Shown: piece after piece, positions 56,491-64,000 of the stretch
Position numbering within the stretch: position 1 is the stretch's first letter
Layout: every line of letters starts with the position of its first letter
Assembly (NCBI GenBank): GCA_963761465.1
Contig: CAVXGX010000001.1
Coordinates: forward strand, 868,083-932,082
DNA length: 64,000 bases
Direction of reading: 5' to 3'
Source of the DNA: an uncultured Acidobacteriota bacterium
GTDB taxonomy: Bacteria > Acidobacteriota > Terriglobia > Terriglobales > Acidobacteriaceae
The notes under the pieces: generated by a model
The model's input: the letters and a program-made list of their open reading frames with translations, nothing else
Database searches by the model: none
What the model was told of the DNA's origin: nothing
Position numbers and translations under genes: made by a program

Positions 56491-57027
56491 TCAGTTCAAA
56501 GGGATCGGTATTTGCACGGCCGGGTATTTTATCGCGGCGACCGCCTTCGGAATGTCGGTCGGACCGTAGTTCACCCCAATCTTGCTGCCATCGCTGTATT
56601 CGATGACGACCCACGATTCCGGCAGGTCTCTACAGGAACGACAACCTCCGGCCTGTGGCACAGCCAGTAGCGCCCTAGCATCGATCGAGCGCAGCAGATT
56701 CTTCCAATCTTGTTTCGTGATTGCGATTCTGGTTTTCTTGTTCGGGAGCTTTTTCGGATTTGAAGAATTCGCTCCTTCCCAAACAAGAACCGACGGTTCG
56801 ACTGTGGTCGTGGTCGTGTGGTAGAAGAGACCGCCGCCGCACATACCGCAGGAGTCTCCGGTTCGCACGCGAACCACATGCGCAGTCGCCGCCGGGCCGG
56901 CCGGCGGAACTGGAGTTTGAGCGAGGGCGCTGGTGACCATGCCTGCCGTGACCAGAGTCGCGCCGATTAGACTCGCGAAAAATGATTTCCGATGTTCCGA
57001 GCGCACTGCAACCTCTCCAAGCGTCAT
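56491..57027 (-). CDS. Secreted hypothetical protein
   Basis: Start at MTLGEVAV (57027). Signal peptide ...LIGATLVTAGMVTSALAQ. Cys pairs CGMCGG and GGCRSC. Confidence 0.52.
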   Translation of the reverse strand: MTLGEVAVRSEHRKSFFASLIGATLVTAGMVTSALAQTPVPPAGPAATAHVVRVRTGDSCGMCGGGLFYHTTTTTVEPSVLVWEGANSSNPKKLPNKKTRIAITKQDWKNLLRSIDARALLAVPQAGGCRSCRDLPESWVVIEYSDGSKIGVNYGPTDIPKAVAAIKYPAVQIPIPLN

Positions 57028-57224
57028 GAGTATAGAACGCGCGTGCCTGGATTTCTTGCGCCTTGGAGAACTGCACTCAGTGACGCATGTCTGCGGGCTT
57101 GAGATCACAAATTGTGATCTCAAGTTTTGAATCCTGAAGCCTGTCTTCGGAATTTGCCATCCAGGCCGTAGAACAATCCTGTAATTGAACTGATCCAGCG
57201 AAAACCGTCCGCTACAATGGGCTC

Positions 57225-58271
57225 GTGACGGGGAGCAAGCCATTTCGCTTGACGGAGTCAGTGAAAGCTGCGGGTTGAGCGAGCAAGCTGAGTCCGGCGG
57301 CGCTGGACACGGTGCTTGGGAAATTAGCCCGGCAACACGACCCGAATGTGCTGGTCGGCTTCGATCATGCCGACGACGCCGGAGTGTATCTGATCGCGCC
57401 CGAGCAGGCGCTGGTACAGACGGTGGATTTCTTCACGCCGGTTGTCGACGATCCCTACACCTTCGGGCAGATTGCCGCGACAAATTCTTTGAGCGACGTG
57501 TATGCCATGGGCGGGAAGCCGCTGACGGCTTTGGCTCTGGTTTGTTTTCCAGAGAAAGCGGATCTGGCGATTCTCGAGCGCATTCTCGCCGGCGGATTGT
57601 CGAAGATGATTGAAGCCGGATGCACGGTAATTGGCGGGCACAGCATTCGGGATGAGGAAACAAAGTTTGGATATTCGGTGACGGGAGTTGTGCATCCCAA
57701 GAAAATTCTGGCGAACCAGGGAGCGAAGCCGGGAGACGCGTTGTTGTTCACCAAGGCGCTGGGCACGGGCGTGATTTCAACCGCGATCAAGAAAGGCAAA
57801 GCCGAGCCGGCGTGGATTGAAGCAGCGGTGCGGTCGATGACGACGCTCAACAAACGGGCAGCGGAAGTAATTGCTGCTGGAGAGTTTCGCGTGAATGCAA
57901 TGACCGACGTCACTGGGTTCGGGATGATCGGGCATGCACGCGAGATGGTGCTGGCATCAGATGTGTCGATCGGAATTTTCGCGGAGAAGATTCCTCTGAT
58001 TGATGGCGCGATCAACTGTGTGCGGGCGGGGTATGTTCCGGCGGGGCTCAAGAACAATCGCGAGTTTGCGGAGTGCCTGGTGGAGTATGACGATGGAGTC
58101 GCGGAGGATGTGCGGGCGCTCCTGTTTGATCCGCAGACTGCGGGAGGGTTGCTGATCTCGACGCCCGAGGCGGAGCGGCTGACGAGGGCTTTAGCGGAAG
58201 CGGGCGTTGCGGCGGTGGTGATCGGGGAAGTGCTGAAGAACTCAAAGCCCCGCATTAGAGTGTCACCGTGA
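57225..58271 (+). CDS. selD: Selenide, water dikinase SelD; predicted selenoprotein with in-frame UGA at 57276-57278
   Basis: Extending the track ORF (57312..) upstream in frame gives V(M)TGSKPFRLTESVKAAG-U-ASKLSPAALDTVLGKLA..., matching the SelD N-terminal G(C/U)xxK loop. The rest is SelD-like (DDAGVY, DFFTP.VDDPY.FG.IAA.N..SD..AMGG.P, TDVTGFG..GH). GTG start at 57225. Confidence 0.88.
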
Positions 58272-58278
58272 TCGCGTG

Positions 58279-58318
58279 GTTCCCACGTCTCGCAAGGAGG
58301 CGAGACATGGGGCATCCC
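58279..58318 (-). repeat. Type-B hairpin repeat
   Basis: gttcccacgtctcgcaaggaggcgagacatggggcatccc. Confidence 0.8.
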
Positions 58319-58327
58319 ATTTTTTCG

Positions 58328-58876
58328 TTACGGTTTTGTGTTGATCAGTTCCCAGATTCGCGCCAGATGGTGGTCGTCGTGTTCGGCTACGAAGTAGAGA
58401 TGGTCGACCAGGCGCATGGGAGTTTTCAGGCGCGGGTGGGGAATCGAGCGCGAGAAGAGAGACGCATTCATCTCTGCAGCTCGCTGCAACAGTTTCTCTC
58501 GCGCGCCGCGGAAATCTTTCAGAATTGTTTTCAGCGGTTGCGCGTTGTGGCTCGCTTCGGTGGTTTTTCGATTCTGCAGATCAGTGGAGGTGAGTTGGGT
58601 GCTGGCTGCCACGTAATCGTTCACTCGCGCCAGCCAGAGGGGTTCGAGATCCAGCAGGTGGCCGGCGTGTTCCTGGGCAGACCATTTTTGTTCCGGCTTC
58701 ATGGTCAGGATTTCTTGAGAATGGCCGCGAAGCACGTCCTCGAGTCTAGCCGGAGTGCCGCGCAGGCGGGCCAGCAGGTTGGGGTAAAGCTCGACGGGAA
58801 AAGAAAACTCGAACTTGCGTTCAAACCAGATGGGCACCTGACTCATAGATTCCGCCCTGTCGACCGAGGACTCCAA
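58328..58876 (-). CDS. DinB-family protein
   Basis: ...WSAQEHAGHLLDLE...HLYFVAEHDDHHLARI matches the His-triad pattern of DinB_2. Alternative start MSQVPIW at 58846. Confidence 0.72.
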   Translation of the reverse strand: MESSVDRAESMSQVPIWFERKFEFSFPVELYPNLLARLRGTPARLEDVLRGHSQEILTMKPEQKWSAQEHAGHLLDLEPLWLARVNDYVAASTQLTSTDLQNRKTTEASHNAQPLKTILKDFRGAREKLLQRAAEMNASLFSRSIPHPRLKTPMRLVDHLYFVAEHDDHHLARIWELINTKP

Positions 58877-59002
58877 CGCAATACAAGATGCTCCAGCGGC
58901 GTGCTCGACTCAGGAATTTGTGTCATCGCGGGCGGGGGCTGGTGCATCTGTTAACTGTGCAGTCCGACTGTCATTTTTATTTCGTACTCGTGAGGAGCCA
59001 TT

Positions 59003-59993
<991 letters not shown>

Positions 59994-60207
59994 AATCGGC
60001 CATCCATCAAAATCTTGTCAATAGGCAGAAATTACACGATCGGGTTTAACTTCATGAAAGCAATCACAATATAAAGTCACCAACCATGTCCACTTTAACC
60101 CCTCCAATTTGATATTCTAGAAGTATAGAGACAATTTCTGGTCCAGAAGGCGAGCCCTACAGGTCGCGCCTTTTTTATTGGCCGCAGTGTCGGACACCCG
60201 GTGCCGG

Positions 60208-60256
60208 GTGCCCCATTTCTCGCGCGCACTTTGCGCGAGAAGTGGGGATTTTTTTT
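60208..60256 (+). repeat. Type-A hairpin repeat followed by T8
   Basis: gtgccccatttctcgcgcgcactttgcgcgagaagtggggatttttttt. Confidence 0.75.
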
Positions 60257-60296
60257 GGCGATCAATGGGACGAACCCAAGGGAAGAGCACACAGAG

Positions 60297-60791
60297 ATGC
60301 GCACAAACAACAGCAACAACCGCAATAACGACTGGATCCACTTCAAAACCTTCAAGCAGCGCGGCGAATGGGTCGAGCTGCAATTCATGGCCGAAGCCGC
60401 CAAGCACCGCTTTGCCATCAGCAAGCCCTGGGGAGAAACGCAATCCTACGACGTCGGCATAGAACACAGTTCGAACTTCCTTCGGGTGCAGGTCAAGTCC
60501 ACCGTCGTGAGGTCCGCTGCCGGATACCTCTGCCAGTTCAAGCCCAACCACCTGAAGAAGCGGGACTACTCCCTCAAAGAAATCGACGTCTTCGCCGCCT
60601 ACGTCATTCCGGAAGATGCCTGGTACCTGATCCCAGCGGTCTTACTGCTGGGCAAGCGCCGACGCACCATGGCCATGCTCTGCCCCGTAGTCCCCCCAAA
60701 AAAGAAAGCCTGCTACCGCTACGAATCCTACCGCGAAGCGTGGGATCTGCTCAGGAAGAGCCGGCTGGAATTGGGAAACTACGGATGCTGA
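60297..60791 (+). CDS. PD-(D/E)XK endonuclease-family protein (PDDEXK_5-like)
   Basis: ATG at 60297. RGEWVELQFMAEAAKHRFAISKPWGETQSYDVGIEHSSNFLRVQVKST...YSLKEIDVFAAYVIPEDAWYLIPA follows the G-E..E...A...G...P.G....YD....RVQVK....ID..A.Y....WY.IP pattern of that family as I remember it. Confidence 0.65.
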   Translation: MRTNNSNNRNNDWIHFKTFKQRGEWVELQFMAEAAKHRFAISKPWGETQSYDVGIEHSSNFLRVQVKSTVVRSAAGYLCQFKPNHLKKRDYSLKEIDVFAAYVIPEDAWYLIPAVLLLGKRRRTMAMLCPVVPPKKKACYRYESYREAWDLLRKSRLELGNYGC

Positions 60792-60942
60792 CGCCCGGCC
60801 CATTCTTAGCCCCAGAGGGGCGAAATATGTGCCTTGCATCCATCGAGGACACCGCAAAGCTGTCAATCTTCCATGAGAAAAATTAGCAGGCTCACAGCAA
60901 GGATCGAACCTCTTTAATTCACAGGGGTGTAACATTAAACTA

Positions 60943-60970
60943 TTGACACAGGAAGTCGGCAGACTATTAT
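60943..60970 (+). promoter_or_regulatory. Near-consensus sigma70-type promoter
   Basis: TTGACA (60943-60948), 16-nt spacer, TATTAT (60965-60970). Lies 23-47 nt upstream of the candidate starts of the small ORF. Confidence 0.45.
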
Positions 60971-60992
60971 CGAGCTTCGGAACTTCGAACAA

Positions 60993-61226
60993 ATGGCGAA
61001 AGAAGGTGATGGAACTATGGCAGATCGCAAACAATTCATCGGAGACATGAAAACTGACCCTGCACTGGTAAAAGCATTGGAAGCAGCGCGACAAAAACCT
61101 GTGACGGAGGACGACTTGCGCGAGCAGAGAATCAGCTTTGCATTCGGCAACGCCCCGGCCAACGCCAAAGCTATTACCAAAGACAGCGTACGGAAGGCGT
61201 CCGAGCACATTCGCCTGCTGCCGTAG
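60993..61226 (+). CDS. Small protein preceding Fic (possible antitoxin/regulator)
   Basis: 69-77 aa. An AAGGTG Shine-Dalgarno-like sequence precedes the second ATG (61017). Contains ...LREQRISFAFGNAP..., reminiscent of but not matching the VbhA-type (S/T)xxxE(G/N) helix. Confidence 0.5.
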   Translation: MAKEGDGTMADRKQFIGDMKTDPALVKALEAARQKPVTEDDLREQRISFAFGNAPANAKAITKDSVRKASEHIRLLP

Positions 61227-61242
61227 CTTTCTATTCAGCACG

Positions 61243-61280
61243 GGCCCGCAATATCCATTGCGGGCCAATTTCTTTTACAA
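61243..61280 (+). terminator. Hairpin plus T-rich tract between the small ORF and fic (terminator/attenuator candidate)
   Basis: ggcccgcaat-atcc-attgcgggcc (10-bp perfect stem, 4-nt loop) followed by aatttctttt. It ends 1 nt before the fic ATG. Confidence 0.45.
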
Positions 61281-61877
61281 ATGTCGGTACGCGAAAAAGA
61301 CAACCCCGCGCTATACACACGGATTCAGGAACAGAATCTTCTGAGGCAGTACGATCTCCTGTCCAATTGCATCGAAATTGGTTTAGAGAAAAAAATAGAA
61401 GCGTTCGACAAGTACACATTGTGGGCACTCAACTATGTTGCCGTTGCAAATATAGCTCAGTTTGGAGGGCGATACCGAGAAGACCCGATCTACGTGGGCA
61501 AGCACACCCCGCCCCACTTCAAAGAGGTTCCGAACCTAATGGATCGCTTCTTCTCGCTCATCCACGAAAATTGGACCATCGTAGATCATCCCACCTGGCT
61601 GGCTGCGTATGCCCTTTGGAGATTGAACTGGATTCACCCGTTTGTTGAAGGGAACGGTCGGACAGCCCGAGCAGCTTGCTACTACTTAATTTGTCTGAAG
61701 CAGGGGAAGCTTTTGCCCGGAAAGAAAATCGTTCCCGAGCGAATCCGAGAAAACCGACAGCCGTACTACGACGCACTAGAGGCTGCGGACCGAGCCTGGG
61801 ACGAAGGGAAGCTCGATGTATCGATGATGGCGAAGTACCTGGAAGAACTTCTCAAAGGGCAACTCACGGAGCCATAA
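61281..61877 (+). CDS. Fic-domain protein (canonical AMPylation-type active site)
   Basis: HPFVEGNGRTARA is a full match to the Fic motif HxFx(D/E)GNGRxxR. 198 aa. Confidence 0.9.
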   Translation: MSVREKDNPALYTRIQEQNLLRQYDLLSNCIEIGLEKKIEAFDKYTLWALNYVAVANIAQFGGRYREDPIYVGKHTPPHFKEVPNLMDRFFSLIHENWTIVDHPTWLAAYALWRLNWIHPFVEGNGRTARAACYYLICLKQGKLLPGKKIVPERIRENRQPYYDALEAADRAWDEGKLDVSMMAKYLEELLKGQLTEP

Positions 61878-61978
61878 ACTTTCTTTGTCGTCGGTCCCTT
61901 CCTCATTGCAAGGTGGTCAGCGATGCTACGCGGGTCTTGTCCATCGATGTTATTCTGCGGAACGTGTGTGAGCCAGAG

Positions 61979-62893
61979 ATGTCGAAACGAATCGATTTCG
62001 CGGGAAAACGTAGAAAGCAAGGGCGCTTGTTAAGCAAGGCTGTCGGCGAACTCAAAGCGGTGATAAAGACAGCAGCGCATCAAGGCAGAATTGATCTTCA
62101 GGCACGTTTAGACGAGTCGTTAGCTCGAAAATCAGTAGAGAAAGGGCTATTAGCCGAACGCCTGCAAGAGTCAGTGGTGCCTCTGTTTATCGGAGATCCC
62201 GCGGGGCAACCCGACAGAATTGGTTCTTGCGTCCTTGCGCAATTGGATTCAGACCTCTTTGCATTTACCGCAGCCCACGTCATACGCGGGGCTAACTCAG
62301 CAAGACTCTTTGCTCCTCCACACGGCCGGGGCGGAAAGTTGCTGCCGCTGCCGCAGTGCGCCGCCCACCTGAACGACGACCTCGATGTTGGCGTGCTGGC
62401 CTTACCGGCGAGCCAACTAGGCGCTTTTCAGCAGCGCATTTTTCTCGATGGCGGAGAAATCGATCAAGCAGATCGACCAGACGAACAAGGTCCTGAGCTG
62501 TTCTATTTTGTCCTCGGATATCCCGCATCAAGGACACAAGTGAAGTTATCCACTCCCGAGCGTCGAATTCATCAAAAGTCGTTTCACTTGTGTACTTACC
62601 CGGCGCATCCCGCCGAATACCTACAGGAGCGACTGTCACAGGCGGACAATATACTGCTCGACTTTGACCACAAGGAGATCGTATCTGGAGGGAAGCGGAC
62701 CAATCCGCCCAAACTCCAGGGTGTCAGCGGCGGAGGAATTTTTCGGATATCCAGGGGAACAAGGCGCGGCCCACTCATCGCGATCGCTACACAGAATCGA
62801 CGCGGGTCACGGCTGATCGCAGGCACGAGAATCAAGCACTTCCTGGCTATGGCTCGTGACCTGAAGACGATATCTCCGCCCCGAACGTCTTGA
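61979..62893 (+). CDS. Cytoplasmic trypsin-like (S1/Trypsin_2-type) serine protease
   Basis: ATG at 61979. Triad-like motifs in canonical order: FTAAHVI (His), DLDVGVLAL (Asp), LQGVSGGGIF (Ser). No N-terminal signal peptide (MSKRIDFAGKRRKQGRLLSK...). Confidence 0.68.
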   Translation: MSKRIDFAGKRRKQGRLLSKAVGELKAVIKTAAHQGRIDLQARLDESLARKSVEKGLLAERLQESVVPLFIGDPAGQPDRIGSCVLAQLDSDLFAFTAAHVIRGANSARLFAPPHGRGGKLLPLPQCAAHLNDDLDVGVLALPASQLGAFQQRIFLDGGEIDQADRPDEQGPELFYFVLGYPASRTQVKLSTPERRIHQKSFHLCTYPAHPAEYLQERLSQADNILLDFDHKEIVSGGKRTNPPKLQGVSGGGIFRISRGTRRGPLIAIATQNRRGSRLIAGTRIKHFLAMARDLKTISPPRTS

Positions 62894-62902
62894 ACCGTCC
62901 TC

Positions 62903-64000
62903 CTACTGAATCAGCGTCCCTCCGTTGCCGCCCTCTGGCGCTGCTTCCGGCGCCAGGACTACCGCCGCGGCTACGCGGTCGCCGGGTTCCATGTTCAGGA
63001 GTCTCACGCCCTGGGCGTTTCTGCCCGATTCGCGGATGGTGGTTGAGTCCATGCGGATGATTTTGCCGTAGTGGCTGATCAGCATGACTTCGCTGGTTTC
63101 GTCGACCTGGGCGATGGCGACGACTTTGCCGACGCGCTCCGTCGTCTTTAGATTGATCACGCCTTTGCCGCCGCGGTTAGTGAGGCGGTATTCGTCGGCT
63201 GCGGTGCGTTTGCCGAATCCGTTTTCGGTGACGGAGAGGATCAGGCTGCCTTTGACGGCGATGTCGATGGGCTCGGCATCGGTTTCGGATTTGCCCGGCG
63301 CCGAAGCGCCTGCGGCGTCCGTCGCTCCAGGAGTTTTCTCCGTGCCGGGCTTTGGCGTGGTGGCCATGCCGACTACGTAGTCTTTCTCTTCGAGGTCGAT
63401 GCCCCAGACGCCGTAGGCAGCGCGGCCCATGGGGCGGACGTGGCTCTCGTCGAAGCGCACGGCCATGCCTTCGTGGCTGGCGAGGAACACGATTTGATTG
63501 CCGTCAGTGATGCGGGCGGCGACCAGTTCGTCGCCTTCTTCAATGGCGATGGCGTTGATGCCGTTGGAGCGTACGTGTATGAATTCGCGCAGCTCGGATT
63601 TTTTCACCAGGCCTTTGCGCGTCGCGAAGAAGACGTATTTATTGGCTTCTTCGAGATTGCGCACCGCGAGCATGGTCTTGGTGGTTTCGCCGGGTTGCAG
63701 GCCGATCAGGTTGCCGACGTGTTTGCCTTTTCCGGCGGCGCTGACGTCGGGAATTTCGTAGACCTTGAGCCAGTAGACGCGGCCCTTGTTGGTGAAGATG
63801 AGAATGTAGGCGTGTGTGCTGGCGATGAAAAGATGCTCGACGAAATCTTCGTCGCGCGTCTTCATGCCGGTGCGGCCCGTGCCTCCGCGGCGCTGCATGC
63901 GGTAGGTGGAGATGGGCGTGCGCTTCATGTAGCCGGAGTGGCTGACGGTGACGGCAACCTGCTCGTCGGCGATGAGATCTTCGAGAACGATCTCGGCGGC
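62903..64000 (-). CDS. gyrA: DNA gyrase subunit A, C-terminal part (5' end beyond the window)
   Basis: The frame stays open to the window edge: ...VTVSHSGYMKRTPISTYRMQRRGGTGRTGMKTRDEDFV.... Repeated GyrA C-terminal beta-pinwheel blades. Contains a Gly/Ala/Pro-rich insertion (PKPGTEKTPGATDAAGASAPGKSETD). Confidence 0.95.
   Translation of the reverse strand, partial: AAEIVLEDLIADEQVAVTVSHSGYMKRTPISTYRMQRRGGTGRTGMKTRDEDFVEHLFIASTHAYILIFTNKGRVYWLKVYEIPDVSAAGKGKHVGNLIGLQPGETTKTMLAVRNLEEANKYVFFATRKGLVKKSELREFIHVRSNGINAIAIEEGDELVAARITDGNQIVFLASHEGMAVRFDESHVRPMGRAAYGVWGIDLEEKDYVVGMATTPKPGTEKTPGATDAAGASAPGKSETDAEPIDIAVKGSLILSVTENGFGKRTAADEYRLTNRGGKGVINLKTTERVGKVVAIAQVDETSEVMLISHYGKIIRMDSTTIRESGRNAQGVRLLNMEPGDRVAAAVVLAPEAAPEGGNGGTLIQ

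Noticed and set aside
60095-60551. Minus-strand ORFs at the left edge of the island (60095..60424, 60117..60551)
   Set aside because: They overlap the type-A repeat and the better-supported + strand PD-(D/E)XK gene, and no motifs are present.
60895-60915. tRNA-like T-arm sequence (reverse complement aGGTTCGATCCt), possible tRNA or att remnant at the island
   Set aside because: The flanking bases cannot form a T-stem or acceptor stem, and I found no duplicated copy at the other island border. A chance match is more likely.

Overview
High-G+C bacterial chromosomal segment. Its gene content and dense hairpin-repeat load look Acidobacteriota (Terriglobia-like); that taxonomic call is inference from family recognition, since no search was run. 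The window covers the replication-origin neighbourhood: rsmG, an 890-bp non-coding gap, parA-parB, then jag-yidC-yidD-rnpA-rpmH divergent from dnaA-dnaN, then mscL, tldD/pmbA, selD, and the 3' part of gyrA at the right edge. About 60 protein genes are supportable. I saw no rRNA, tRNA or CRISPR array. Main observations: (1) A visibly lower-G+C insertion at 60.2-62.9 kb abuts gyrA. It carries a PD-(D/E)XK nuclease, a small ORF, a canonical Fic (HPFVEGNGRTARA) and a signal-less trypsin-like protease behind a near-consensus sigma70 promoter. This is my best candidate for an undescribed toxin/defence-type module. (2) Five copies of a 22-bp palindrome with parS-like arms but a different centre sit directly upstream of parAB, next to a 330-bp AT-rich block. 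(3) selD contains an in-frame UGA (GUASK), so it is predicted to be a selenoprotein that the ORF track truncates. (4) Many genes carry apparent single-nucleotide frame disruptions, including the essential dnaA and dnaN, plus a DinB gene, an aldo/keto reductase, and a heavily degraded two-gene locus at 54.1-55.9 kb. Sequencing indels are the most parsimonious explanation for the essential genes. (5) Several families of short hairpin/REP-like repeats fill the intergenic regions. Some are inserted in frame inside CDSs (parB, rsmG and others), and there is one MITE-like unit with 33-bp terminal inverted repeats. (6) A vapBC pair is wedged between tldD and pmbA. All product names come from motif and family recognition by eye and need HMM/BLAST confirmation.
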